From the IMG/VR virus record IMGVR_UViG_3300048598_000535, positions 1-30,266 of that record: DNA of 30,266 bases. One strand, given 5' to 3'. Position numbers and translations under genes: made by a program. The notes below the pieces were generated by a model. The model was not told where the DNA came from and made no database searches. It saw only the letters and a list, made by a program, of their open reading frames with translations. The DNA is from a virus (lineage: Duplodnaviria > Caudoviricetes). Within the stretch, counting starts at the first letter, position 1, and each line of letters starts with the position of its first letter. Of this stretch, positions 7,256 through 16,953 are shown in pieces.

Positions 7256-7585
7256 TTAAAACCTGATTTGTTTGTGTTCGCCGTTGATACGACAGTTAAT
7301 GATACCGGAAGCCTTACCATTATCATCAATAGTCATATCTGTGGCTATGTACTGATAAACATCTGTTTCTTTCAATGCCGGCTTATTAGCTTCATAAGCA
7401 GCTTCTGCAATTGCTGCGTCTGAATCCTGAGCAATAACTTTACGTTGCTCATTAATACTCTTCATAACCGATAACTTTTGCTCATCTGTGCCACTTTGTA
7501 AAATAGTTTGTTGATCGGTTGTTGGTGTTACTCCTTTTATTTCAAACCAGTTGGTTTCGTCTTGTTGTCTTGATAAGATTTTCAT
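7256..7585 (-). CDS. small protein downstream of the tail fibre (possible fibre chaperone)
   Basis: 109-aa ORF 11 nt after the fibre gene; function from position only. Confidence 0.6.
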   Translation of the reverse strand: MKILSRQQDETNWFEIKGVTPTTDQQTILQSGTDEQKLSVMKSINEQRKVIAQDSDAAIAEAAYEANKPALKETDVYQYIATDMTIDDNGKASGIINCRINGEHKQIRF

Positions 7586-7596
7586 AAGATAAATTA

Positions 7597-10080
7597 TTAT
7601 GTTGTTTGAATTGCGTTGTTACCGTCAATACAAAGTGTTAATTTGCCACCACTTGTAGGAGCATTAAATGTGCCTGTCGTTAATCTACAGAAGTATAATT
7701 TACCCGTCAAGGTGCCAGAATTACCGCCAAAACAAGAGGCATGACCTCCAATACAATTTGTAAAAGTACCCGAAGCAACTCCTGACGCACCGAAGGCCTG
7801 TTGCGAATCACATATACAGTCGATAAAAACACCTGATGCTACATTCCCGGCTCCATTCGCCCAATGATTACCAAAAGAGTATCCAGTGCTATGGCATTTG
7901 ATAAAAGTGCCGGAAGCAGTACCAGCAGAGCCAAACGACCCTTGTCCAGAGTGACAATTTTTAAATACACCGGTAGCATTTCCATAGCCAGCATTGTAAG
8001 AATCGGCAAAATTAAAATCTCCTCCAGAGCAATCTATATATGTTCCTGCCGATGTTTTTACACCACCAATTGAATCAATAAATCCACCTTTACCTGTGTT
8101 AGTACATCCATAATAATAACCACTACCACCAAAACCATAATCACCATTGTTCAGGCAATTTTTAAATATCCCAGTATTATTTCCTGATGTGCTATAATTA
8201 CCAAAAGAAGATCCAGATGCCGAACAATTAACAAAAACACCTGACACGGTAGAGCCATACCCAAATGAAGTTGCTCCTTTGGCAACACAATTCATAAATG
8301 TCCCAGAAGCAGTTCCATAAGTACCAAATGTATTTGTATTAATAGAATAGCAATTTATAAATATTCCAGAAGCAATGCCACTACCATTCCATCCTCCTCC
8401 GTAACTATATCCTTTTGACGTACAGTTTATAAATGTACCAGAAGCTGTTCCAATACCCCCAAAAGACATACTATCAGCTTCACAATTTTTAAAATAACCT
8501 GAGGCCACTCCAACATTACCATTACTATTACCTGCGAATGAACTATCTCCTCCAATACAGTTTATAAATGTACCAGAAGCTGTTGGTACTCCGCTGATTG
8601 TATCTGAAAAATTACTGATTCCTGTACTTCTACAATTTGTGTGATAACCACTGCCACCAAAACCATTATCTCCATAATTAATACACTCATCAAATATTCC
8701 AGAAGAATTTGATTGGGATTGTCCCTTTCCAAATGAAGTTCCATGAGCAATACATTTTTTAAAAGTACCTGATGATCCTCCACCTGCACCAAAAGAGGAA
8801 TCTAATACAGCTTGACAACTTATAAAAGTTCCAGATGCAACTCCTCCATATCCAAAAGAACATCTTCCATTTGAGGTACAATTGGTAAAAATACCAGATG
8901 CCACATTACTACCACCATTAATATAAAACCCACCAAAAGAATAGAATCCCCCTTGACAATTTGTAAAAGTTCCCGAAGCTGTACCGTAGGAGCCAAAAGA
9001 GTAATCCCCTCCTTTACAATTAATAAATGTACCTGAAGCAGAGATGGATGAACCAAAAGAATAAGAACCTGTTGCAATACAATTTTCACATACCAATAAA
9101 TTTAAAGCATTTGCAATAGTAAATACATTTGTCTCACAATTAACCCCTTTTACATATACATCATTTGCAGTCACAGAAATACCGTTAATCATTACATCCG
9201 CATTGCCAGTTAGCGAAACGACATCAATGTATTGCGTGTTCAGAGTGAAAGTAGAAGCAAATGTGTACGTACCAGCCCCGCAGATTATCTTAACACGATT
9301 TGTGGCCGACAATGCCGCCCCGTATGGTGTCATAGTCTTGGCGGTATTATAAGCATTTTGCAAAGCGGTAGCGTTTGCAGATGCCGTTCCATTACCGGGC
9401 ACAAATATGTAAGAAGCACCCGCCACCAATGGCAACGCTGCAATCGCATCTGTAAGCTGCGTCTTAGTAGCATACGTAGTTGATAGGGTATTTTGAAGTG
9501 AATCAATAAGACCCTTTAGTATGTTACCCTGATATGCTGACAATGGAACGTTTGTCAATACACTTGTAAGATTATTAACGATGTCAGATGCGCTTACTTT
9601 AGCGGCAAGCAATACGGCAAGGTCGGCACCTTCCGGCACGTTCTTAGCTAAATCTAGCAGCTCGGTAAGCGTATTAATTACGCTATCGGAGTCTGCATCT
9701 GTCATTGCCGACTTCCAGTTCTGAACCACCGTTAATGCCGCTGATAAATCGCTCACGGTCTGCGCGAGGTTATTATCACCATTTTGGCGGGCGGTTGCTT
9801 CCGCTTCATCAGCCTGTTGTCGCGTCGTTGCTTCGTCGGAAATTTGTTGAGAAAGCGTATTGCTTACCTGCGTATCGGCTTCTTGCCTGTCCGTTATTTC
9901 CTGTGTGAGCAACTCCGAATCGGCTTTCTTATCAAATTCATCCTGTAGCCCTTCAATTGAACTAACCGGAATTTGTTCATCTTTATGCCAATAGCTATTC
10001 AGCCATGCCGCAAACTGTGTTGCTAAAGGCTTTGCCCCCTTCACAAACCAGCCTATCAATGTATTCTTATCTGTTGCCAT
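7597..10080 (-). CDS. tail fibre / receptor-binding protein with Gly/Cys-rich repeat (beta-solenoid-like) distal domain
   Basis: N-terminal anchor (WFVKGAKP...QFAAWLNSYWHKDE), coiled-coil E..RQ.AD repeats, about 21 SGxFxNC...SFG repeats. Confidence 0.8.
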   Translation of the reverse strand: MATDKNTLIGWFVKGAKPLATQFAAWLNSYWHKDEQIPVSSIEGLQDEFDKKADSELLTQEITDRQEADTQVSNTLSQQISDEATTRQQADEAEATARQNGDNNLAQTVSDLSAALTVVQNWKSAMTDADSDSVINTLTELLDLAKNVPEGADLAVLLAAKVSASDIVNNLTSVLTNVPLSAYQGNILKGLIDSLQNTLSTTYATKTQLTDAIAALPLVAGASYIFVPGNGTASANATALQNAYNTAKTMTPYGAALSATNRVKIICGAGTYTFASTFTLNTQYIDVVSLTGNADVMINGISVTANDVYVKGVNCETNVFTIANALNLLVCENCIATGSYSFGSSISASGTFINCKGGDYSFGSYGTASGTFTNCQGGFYSFGGFYINGGSNVASGIFTNCTSNGRCSFGYGGVASGTFISCQAVLDSSFGAGGGSSGTFKKCIAHGTSFGKGQSQSNSSGIFDECINYGDNGFGGSGYHTNCRSTGISNFSDTISGVPTASGTFINCIGGDSSFAGNSNGNVGVASGYFKNCEADSMSFGGIGTASGTFINCTSKGYSYGGGWNGSGIASGIFINCYSINTNTFGTYGTASGTFMNCVAKGATSFGYGSTVSGVFVNCSASGSSFGNYSTSGNNTGIFKNCLNNGDYGFGGSGYYYGCTNTGKGGFIDSIGGVKTSAGTYIDCSGGDFNFADSYNAGYGNATGVFKNCHSGQGSFGSAGTASGTFIKCHSTGYSFGNHWANGAGNVASGVFIDCICDSQQAFGASGVASGTFTNCIGGHASCFGGNSGTLTGKLYFCRLTTGTFNAPTSGGKLTLCIDGNNAIQTT

Positions 10081-10082
10081 AA

Positions 10083-10997
10083 TTATACTACTTTCATGAT
10101 GTATGCTAAAACGTAATAAGGCGGACGGTTTTCGTGTGCCGTTGATGCATCACCGATATTAACCGTAATCGGGCCGAGTGGCACATTTCCACCGCTGGGG
10201 TTATTTCCTAAAGCTGTGAAATTTGCGTCCGAACTGGCTTTGAATTGAAATGCAAAAGCAGTATTATTTCGAGATGAACCTTCGCTTCTATCCGAAACCG
10301 CTTTAACGTCAAATGACCCTTGCTCTGCTTTTTTCAGCGTTACGCTTCCCTTTCCACCTGTATTACCTACTTTGCCATAGTTCTCTGTCGTATCGGTTGA
10401 GTTCGCCGGTATATTGGCAGAAGCTGCATCGTAGCCCACAATAAAACGCCCGGATAAGTTTGGTGTTGCAACACCGCTAACCGTCGCTCCGTTACACAAT
10501 GCCCATCCGGTAGGAATGTCTGCTATTGCGCCGCTCCACATAATAATACCGCCTTTAGGCATCACAAGGTTACGCAACGCCTCTACGTCTGTTTTGTCGG
10601 CTTTATTGGCCGCCAAATAAAAGGCCGTAGGGAATGCTGTAATGTCTGCCCAGGTGAATGTATCAACGCCTCCAACATTGCTACCGAACTCGGCAACACG
10701 TGTTTTGTAAGCCCCGGTATAGGTAACGCTTCCGGCTGTAATGTCGGTAGCCGTCTCTTTTATTCTAACAGTAGTTTGAATCGTTCCGCCTACGAATGTG
10801 ATTATCTCACCGTTCAGAACCATTATGCCCGCGCTGGCTGTTGTTCCGGTTACAGTGCAACCGGAAAGAATGTAGTTGCCCCCAGCAGACTTTGCGAAAG
10901 CGGCGGCCATCATGACCTGACTTTGAATAAAATCAAGCCCTTCGGTCGATAGCGGGAAATTGCTCGACGGCCAGCCTGTGTATTGTGCTCTATTCAT
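10083..10997 (-). CDS. tail fibre/collar-domain protein
   Basis: PKGGIIMWSG...PTGWALCNG...PNLSGRFIVG collar motif and C-terminal HENRPPYYVLAYIMKV. Confidence 0.85.
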   Translation of the reverse strand: MNRAQYTGWPSSNFPLSTEGLDFIQSQVMMAAAFAKSAGGNYILSGCTVTGTTASAGIMVLNGEIITFVGGTIQTTVRIKETATDITAGSVTYTGAYKTRVAEFGSNVGGVDTFTWADITAFPTAFYLAANKADKTDVEALRNLVMPKGGIIMWSGAIADIPTGWALCNGATVSGVATPNLSGRFIVGYDAASANIPANSTDTTENYGKVGNTGGKGSVTLKKAEQGSFDVKAVSDRSEGSSRNNTAFAFQFKASSDANFTALGNNPSGGNVPLGPITVNIGDASTAHENRPPYYVLAYIMKVV

Positions 10998-11488
10998 TAG
11001 AAATAAATTATCGTGTAACTCCTTGAAATCAGTTTGTAATAGTTCAAAAGGCTGCGCATCTTAGCCTCGTTATTTACGTTTTTAAGAGCAACCGGCACTC
11101 GAACGATAAAGCCTGTAACGCCTTCCAGTATGGTGCTTTTGTCCCAAAGAAGTGTGTTGCCATCAGCAAGAAGATATTTGTGATACGGATCAAAATCTTT
11201 ATCCCATGCATATTGCCAAACACCCACCGCCGAACCATCTTCCACGGTGATCAGGCCGCCGCCTGCCGGGAATGCGTCATTAAGCATCTGACGCAAGTAG
11301 CACACTTGGCCGGTTATTTTTAGCTTGTACAGGTTATTCGTCCTGTTGGTAATAAACCGGTTGTAAACCGTTATTAAACCCGATATAGACACCTGAAGCA
11401 AGGCAACGATTGTACTTTGCCTTAATGATACCGGGAGAAGCAAAACAACCAGCTTCTTGAAATTGACTATGTAATGTCTGCTACTCAT
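10997..11488 (-). CDS. baseplate wedge protein (gpI/gp48-like by synteny)
   Basis: coupled to the J-like gene; TGQVCYLRQMLND and FIVRVP...LLNYYKL motifs. Confidence 0.6.
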   Translation of the reverse strand: MSSRHYIVNFKKLVVLLLPVSLRQSTIVALLQVSISGLITVYNRFITNRTNNLYKLKITGQVCYLRQMLNDAFPAGGGLITVEDGSAVGVWQYAWDKDFDPYHKYLLADGNTLLWDKSTILEGVTGFIVRVPVALKNVNNEAKMRSLLNYYKLISRSYTIIYF

Positions 11489-12360
11489 TATACGCTGATT
11501 GATTGATAGGCCGTGTAAGTAATATTCAGATCGGCATCGGCATACACTTTACAATACCCGCTGTCGGGTGTTACTTTCGCATCAACGGGCGTCCACGTCG
11601 CTCCGTCGCTCGACAGCTCAGACAAATGTAGTTCCGGGATAATCACGCCGTCAATAGCCTGCAATGTGTCAACCAATGATGCGTTACGGTATTCACCGTT
11701 AAATTTTAGGTTGGATATAAATGACTTGATAGCATCCACAACCGGATAAGTACCGTCGGAAAGGTTCATGCCAGTAGCATCCAATACCATCGGATCGTAA
11801 TACAGCGCCATAGTAAGCCGGAAATGTTGTGGGTTGGAGTTTACCACCTCAATAACTACACCGGCATCTTTAATTTCTTTCATGTACGCTTCAAAGGCGG
11901 TTTGTTGAGCCGCCGAGATAGGCTGACGGTTGCCGGAACTATCTTCACCAGCCACTTTCATGTACACAACTCCTTTCTTTTCAACAGCCGCCGAATATTT
12001 CACTACTTTGGCGGCCGTTATCGCGGCATCAGTTAAGCCGGTTGTATCGTAGTAATCTTCATCTACAACCAGCGAATAACCAAACATAAACGCTTTCGCC
12101 ATGTTTTCGTACCACGTTCTCCTATGGGGTTTTTGTTGCTCGAGCAAGTCATCAATTTCGGCTTTATGGGTATCAAATAATACTTCAATCACATAAGCGC
12201 AGTAGGCACAGATGTATAACCAAATGCTTTCAAAGCTCACCTTTGAAAAGGTTGCATCGAAAGCATCTCCCACCGTGAAGCCATACTTGTCGGCCAGTAC
12301 GGTATTACTCATAAACTGCGTTGTGATGTCTGCTTTTATCGTTGCTATTGTTCTTGCCAT
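11488..12360 (-). CDS. baseplate J-like wedge protein
   Basis: MARTIATIK start, IKDAGV, AI.SFI.NLKFNG, LVD.LQAIDGV; synteny. Confidence 0.7.
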   Translation of the reverse strand: MARTIATIKADITTQFMSNTVLADKYGFTVGDAFDATFSKVSFESIWLYICAYCAYVIEVLFDTHKAEIDDLLEQQKPHRRTWYENMAKAFMFGYSLVVDEDYYDTTGLTDAAITAAKVVKYSAAVEKKGVVYMKVAGEDSSGNRQPISAAQQTAFEAYMKEIKDAGVVIEVVNSNPQHFRLTMALYYDPMVLDATGMNLSDGTYPVVDAIKSFISNLKFNGEYRNASLVDTLQAIDGVIIPELHLSELSSDGATWTPVDAKVTPDSGYCKVYADADLNITYTAYQSISV

Positions 12361-12430
12361 TAATTCTGTCTTTTTGTTACTTTTTATCTACGGTACCGAG
12401 GTTTTATTGGCTAGATCCGAAATCAAAATG

Positions 12431-12715
12431 TCAGCTAACTACAAAATCATACTCTATTGCCCAAAATTCTACACCTTCCTCTATTAATGCATTTTCAGCG
12501 ACTGTAGTTATGCCGGTTGCGGGAATGATGGCGTTGTTTGAATAGTAGGCGGCAACGTCCTTTCGATAAATGCCCGGTGTCATAATTTCGCTGTCGGCTA
12601 CCTGGTCATCAGTAAACGACACCCCGTTGAGTAGTGCCAGCTCAAAAGCGGCTGTAGCTTCACCACAGGCCAACATTGCCATGTCAACAAACGATTGTCC
12701 TTCCTGAACCTTCAT
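12431..12715 (-). CDS. LysM/gpX-like baseplate protein
   Basis: VQEGQSFVDMA...G...A.ELALLNG LysM-like pattern. Confidence 0.7.
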   Translation of the reverse strand: MKVQEGQSFVDMAMLACGEATAAFELALLNGVSFTDDQVADSEIMTPGIYRKDVAAYYSNNAIIPATGITTVAENALIEEGVEFWAIEYDFVVS

Positions 12716-12741
12716 ATTATACCTTTAACGTGCCTTTAAAA

Positions 12742-13308
12742 TCACTTTTTGCCGAAAATACGACCAATCGCCCCACGCAGCTTTTCAATCACGCCGTAGC
12801 GCCTTAAAACAAGAAACACGGCAATAACCGAAAGAGCTACCAAAATGGCAATGCCTTTTTGAATCCAGAAAGGCATTGCCGTTTTTATTTCTTCTTTTTG
12901 TTGAGTCTTGGTAGTTGCATCAGATTTTGAGTCTGAGCTTTTATTGAACTTCGATTTATTCGTATTGTCGATGTTGGTTTTCGATCCGCTCTTCACGTCG
13001 TTCTTTTTGTTTCTATACGCTTTTTGCGTGGTAGTAGTTCGTTGCGTCGGATGCTGGTTGCCGAGTGCATCAGGGGTAGATAACACTTCATTGACGGTAG
13101 TTGTCACTGTCGAATCATTCTCCGTCGACTGATCGCTTATGTTCGTTGCATTACTGGCAACGGTGTGATTGTTGTTCACAGCCGCTACGTCATTATGTTG
13201 CTCGGTAGCTACATGAACCGTATCTTTAATTGCCGTTTTTGTTGTTTTGCAACTGGCAATCGAGATTGTAAACAGAAGCGCGATCGCAATCTTAAGTAGT
13301 AGTTTCAT
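12742..13308 (-). CDS. putative unimolecular spanin (lipoprotein with C-terminal TM); start moved to ATG 13308
   Basis: MKLLLKIAIALLFTISIASC lipobox, polar T/N-rich middle, C-terminal hydrophobic helix; in the lysis cassette. Confidence 0.65.
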   Translation of the reverse strand: MKLLLKIAIALLFTISIASCKTTKTAIKDTVHVATEQHNDVAAVNNNHTVASNATNISDQSTENDSTVTTTVNEVLSTPDALGNQHPTQRTTTTQKAYRNKKNDVKSGSKTNIDNTNKSKFNKSSDSKSDATTKTQQKEEIKTAMPFWIQKGIAILVALSVIAVFLVLRRYGVIEKLRGAIGRIFGKK

Positions 13309-13660
13309 GGGTTGGTTGTAATTCGTTTTTAATTTGCCGCACAACAGTCTCTAAATTCTCATGCGTTATTTTATCCAACAACGTCACAATTTTCTTTTGA
13401 ATATTTGTCAGCTTTATCACTTCCCTACGCAATGAGTCAACCTCTGCAAGAACCTTGCTCTCGCGTGCTTCCGCTTCGTCGGCTTTCTTTTTGAACTTGT
13501 TGGCCGATTCTTCCCATGTGGTAATCAGGTTACGAATATTACCAATCTCCACACTATCGGCATCGGCTTTTGTTTTGCGAATTTGCGAACGAATAGTAAA
13601 TGCTGCCAGTATAACAGCAACAATTCCAAGAGCAACATTAATAGGGGTCATATCAATCAA
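13292..13660 (-). CDS. N-terminal TM plus coiled-coil lysis-cassette protein (holin-like)
   Basis: one TM helix then heptad-rich region; between holin and spanin. Confidence 0.55.
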   Translation of the reverse strand: MIDMTPINVALGIVAVILAAFTIRSQIRKTKADADSVEIGNIRNLITTWEESANKFKKKADEAEARESKVLAEVDSLRREVIKLTNIQKKIVTLLDKITHENLETVVRQIKNELQPTHETTT

Positions 13661-13663
13661 ATT

Positions 13664-13900
13664 TTAGTCCCCTTTAGGGGATTTAGGGGTAAACAATTTC
13701 TCCGCTACCGTCAGAACCGAAGCCCCACCGGCAAGTATGGTGAATGAATCGACAATGTGTAAATCAGGAGTGTGCCCAAATGCCGAGGCAACTCCACAAC
13801 CAACCAGAGCCATAAACGAACCGACTGCGATCACCCTCTTTGAGCTGGTATCGCTCGCCGATGACAGCATGTTGCCTACAAAAGAGAATAATCGTTTCAT
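13664..13900 (-). CDS. putative holin (2 TM)
   Basis: SSKR motif then two hydrophobic segments; overlaps the endolysin stop. Confidence 0.6.
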   Translation of the reverse strand: MKRLFSFVGNMLSSASDTSSKRVIAVGSFMALVGCGVASAFGHTPDLHIVDSFTILAGGASVLTVAEKLFTPKSPKGD

Positions 13901-14427
13901 TGTGCGGAAAACTTAAAATCGTTCAACCGGTTTAACCAGCCTTTCAGATACACTTTAAATCCGGGTTTTGCTGTAGCAATATCCTGATAGTATTGTTTGC
14001 GTGCTCTCCACAACTTCGCAAATATTTCTGATTGTTCGCCGCCATTGATGGCAGCCAGTGTTTTAGCACCTACCATTCCATCAGCAGTAAGGTTGAGAGC
14101 TTTTTGGGCTGCCTGAACGCCCCGGATGCCGCAATTATAGAACCAATCTACCAGCACGTTTGCAATGGATTGATTTACTATCTGATCAGCTTTGCACTTA
14201 TCCCAATAGTCTTGCAACACAAAAGATGCTTCCTCCGGAGTAAGTTGCTCCATGTGCGATTTCGTCGGAACAACACCAAACTGCGCCTCATATGCCTTTG
14301 CCGAAACACCGTATTTTGTACCCACCAGTTCACCGCATGAGTTATAATTGCCTTTGTCTTCCGGCTGGCATTGATAGCCGCCTTCCCACTTAAAAAGAAT
14401 GGGCGCTAATAGTTCCTTTTTTGCCAT
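13897..14427 (-). CDS. endolysin, glycoside hydrolase family 108 with peptidoglycan-binding domain
   Basis: WEGGY catalytic motif, GTKYGV, DW.YN.G, ADGMVGAKTLAAIN, KGWLNR. Confidence 0.88.
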   Translation of the reverse strand: MAKKELLAPILFKWEGGYQCQPEDKGNYNSCGELVGTKYGVSAKAYEAQFGVVPTKSHMEQLTPEEASFVLQDYWDKCKADQIVNQSIANVLVDWFYNCGIRGVQAAQKALNLTADGMVGAKTLAAINGGEQSEIFAKLWRARKQYYQDIATAKPGFKVYLKGWLNRLNDFKFSAQ

Positions 14428-14738
14428 TACAATTCAATTTCAAAAGTTTCTAAGTTTTCGGTGACGGTCACCCGTGGGTTCTTGAACCCGTCGGCATTCA
14501 GTTCCGTCTCCAATTCGCTCGCAAATTTTTGCGTATTCACTACCGCTTTGTTGTATTGCTCAATGCCAAATCCGAGTGTAGGGTATTCCTTCACCTCACC
14601 TTTTCGGAACATTGTGATAAGGCGGGCACGCTGGTAGTCACTATTACCAACAACCATCCCGGAAGTAATCAGCCCGGTTCTATCTCTTACAACAGATAGT
14701 TGCAAGTCGTTGGCGTCTGTCAGTAATATTCCCTGCAT
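14427..14738 (-). CDS. baseplate wedge gp25/gpW-like protein
   Basis: KGEVKEYPTLGFGI motif, size and synteny. Confidence 0.6.
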   Translation of the reverse strand: MQGILLTDANDLQLSVVRDRTGLITSGMVVGNSDYQRARLITMFRKGEVKEYPTLGFGIEQYNKAVVNTQKFASELETELNADGFKNPRVTVTENLETFEIEL

Positions 14739-15298
14739 CAGTGCTTTATTTTAGTGTCCTCAATTTTGTCAAAATTTTCTTTTGAAAGGGCTGAAAGTTG
14801 GGCAGTCATGGCCAGTTTGTAAGCCGCCCCGCCATCACCCGGAGTAACCGTCGCTGTTTTTATGGCGGTAATCACCGCGTCGATGCGGTCGGTAACTTTT
14901 TCAAGTTGCGTTTTAAGTTCCTCAATCTTTATCAGGCCGCCCAATTCGCCTCCATTCATCACAATACCATCTTTGTCGATCACCAACGTGATAGTGCCTA
15001 TTTTCAAACCTATCTTGGCAACTTCACTACAGCGGATAACCACCGCCTCCGTTACAAGGTTTTCGATTATGGCAACAATCACATTGCTGCCTTCAGCCGG
15101 GTAAACAGTGAGGTATGTTTCAAGATTGTCATCAATTGCATTCAGGCGAACATCATTGAGGGTGGGAGCTCCGTCACGTTCAACGGTGCAGGTAGTATCC
15201 GTAACATCCTTGGCGACTCCGACTAACACCTGTTTAATCTGTCGCTTGTCGGCATGTTTACGCATTGCCATTTCTATTGACTGATCAAGAGCTCCCAT
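14738..15298 (-). CDS. baseplate spike (gpV/gp45-like)
   Basis: N-terminal OB-like region (TCTV, DVRL, YPAEGSNVIV), NGGELGGLIKI, C-terminal KIKH. Confidence 0.65.
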   Translation of the reverse strand: MGALDQSIEMAMRKHADKRQIKQVLVGVAKDVTDTTCTVERDGAPTLNDVRLNAIDDNLETYLTVYPAEGSNVIVAIIENLVTEAVVIRCSEVAKIGLKIGTITLVIDKDGIVMNGGELGGLIKIEELKTQLEKVTDRIDAVITAIKTATVTPGDGGAAYKLAMTAQLSALSKENFDKIEDTKIKH

Positions 15299-15333
15299 CC
15301 ATCAAATCACCTTAAAAAACACCTTACACAACA

Positions 15334-16338
15334 CTAAATCTTATATCCTAACGTACTTTTGCGACTGTAACCGTCGCTGTCGTTATAGGTTACGTCTACT
15401 TTTTCGATAAGATAGTTACCGGCCATTTCAGAATTATCCGCATTATGAATAACCAAACTGTCGCCTGCATGTACAGCAGGTCTGCCAAAGCCTGTAATAT
15501 CTCCCGTATATCCGTCAAACACCGTTTTGGACATAACAGCCAACGCTCGTTCGCGCAATTGCGCCTCTGTCATCGGCCCGGCAAAATTCAGCGTTCGCTC
15601 GTTGGCATCTGTCTCTTTACTCCCGACGGTTACGGTTGTTTTCTTACCGTTCGGACTGGTAGCAATAGCCTTAAAACGTATCTTATAGTCTTCTTTACGC
15701 TTGTACTTCAAGTTATTCTTCTTTACATTTCCATGTTCAGAATCGTTCAGGTAGTAGTTATATTGCTTTGAAGCTCCACCAAAATCATAGGCAAGCCCAA
15801 CCCGTAAATGACCGTCATGCAAGCGGCTGTAAAGCCCGTATTTCTGTATCAAATCCTGCAATACAACAAATGCACTGGCGTTATCAATCTGCAATTTACC
15901 GAGCGATACTGTAGGGCATTCAAACGTGATGGAAGGCGGTATAATATCGGTAAGAACCTGCTTTAATGTGGCATTCTTATAACTCTTAATGTAATTAGTT
16001 TGCCGGAGCGGATATGTTTCATCATCGCATTCGATAACGAGAGGTAAATCTGTGCCTATTTCCCGGACATAACCGGTAAAATCACGGCCTAATTCACCGT
16101 TGTATCCGGCATCAATGGTTACTTTATCACCTACCTTGAATTGCTCCAAAATGGTTTTTCCTGCCAACTTACCATAGTTTTTCGGGATGGTAATCTTTGC
16201 GGTGTTGCTCATTTCGAGAATGTTCTCGTTCACCTCATAGCCTGAAATGTTATCAAGCAACACATTGCCAAGTGTCACCTTGGCGTTCATGTTCAAATAC
16301 AGCAGCATAAGCGATGCAATTAAAATAAATCGTCTCAT
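15334..16338 (-). CDS. baseplate hub protein (gpD/gp44-like); true start may be ~10 codons downstream
   Basis: TAKITIP, GDKVTIDAGY, FTGYV, GYTGDITGFG.P, GNYLIEKV; synteny. Confidence 0.72.
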   Translation of the reverse strand: MRRFILIASLMLLYLNMNAKVTLGNVLLDNISGYEVNENILEMSNTAKITIPKNYGKLAGKTILEQFKVGDKVTIDAGYNGELGRDFTGYVREIGTDLPLVIECDDETYPLRQTNYIKSYKNATLKQVLTDIIPPSITFECPTVSLGKLQIDNASAFVVLQDLIQKYGLYSRLHDGHLRVGLAYDFGGASKQYNYYLNDSEHGNVKKNNLKYKRKEDYKIRFKAIATSPNGKKTTVTVGSKETDANERTLNFAGPMTEAQLRERALAVMSKTVFDGYTGDITGFGRPAVHAGDSLVIHNADNSEMAGNYLIEKVDVTYNDSDGYSRKSTLGYKI

Positions 16339-16341
16339 AAG

Positions 16342-16953
16342 TTAGTTGTTATTGATTATTTGATAATTAACCGGACGCATTGCCCGGGTTGTCATAGTAT
16401 AAGAAAGCGTGTCTTCGTAACCCTCCACAAAATCGAGGCTGAAGTCTTTTATATAGATTGCCGACACCTTTAGTTTGTTGAGTATCTTACTGGCTACATT
16501 CCACACATCGTTTACTTCAAAAATCTGGTTTAGCGTCTCCATTTTATCGAGCGGGAACGAATGATTTTCCATGTCAATCAGCAGGCCGCGCCATGTTATT
16601 TCAAACGGCTCTGTGCAATACCGCTCTACCACTTCTATGTCCGTATTATCAAGAGGAGAAATAATCAGCCGTTTTGAACGTTTGAAACTTAGCATTGGAG
16701 CCGTAGCCAGCACGTTGGAAAATTCACCGTCGAGGCTGCAATCACCAAACGAATAGACCGTATTTCCGTAACTAAGAGTTATGTCCTCAATGTCGGTGTT
16801 TTTATCCATGAGATACACCGACACATTGGATGCCAGTTGCTTGCTAACGGCGGCGTTACCGGCTGCATCCGTACGATTGCGTATGTTTGCAGTAACAAAT
16901 CCGAATGCAGCCTTAAAACGCCCTGCCAACTGTTCAATCTCTACAACACTCAT
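16342..16953 (-). CDS. tail tube initiator-like protein (DUF6046-like)
   Basis: position between chaperone and hub; P.LSFKRSK.LI.S...EVVE pattern. Confidence 0.55.
   Translation of the reverse strand: MSVVEIEQLAGRFKAAFGFVTANIRNRTDAAGNAAVSKQLASNVSVYLMDKNTDIEDITLSYGNTVYSFGDCSLDGEFSNVLATAPMLSFKRSKRLIISPLDNTDIEVVERYCTEPFEITWRGLLIDMENHSFPLDKMETLNQIFEVNDVWNVASKILNKLKVSAIYIKDFSLDFVEGYEDTLSYTMTTRAMRPVNYQIINNN

Noticed and set aside
7120-7423. ORFs 7120-7329 (-) and 7133-7423 (+), including a possible com-like regulator
   Set aside because: No paired CxxC zinc finger; they overlap the 109-aa gene and the structured RNA; likely spurious.
7690-9070. CRISPR-like array
   Set aside because: Repeats are degenerate, codon-phased and inside an intact ORF; no cas genes.
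7597-10080. Diversity-generating retroelement target or shufflon in the tail fibre
   Set aside because: No reverse transcriptase or invertase in the window, no TR/VR pair differing only at adenines, no inverted fibre cassette; the repeats are in-frame protein repeats.
16290-16338. Apparent signal peptide on the baseplate hub protein
   Set aside because: Hub proteins are not exported; an internal Met start is at least as likely, so the resemblance is probably incidental.
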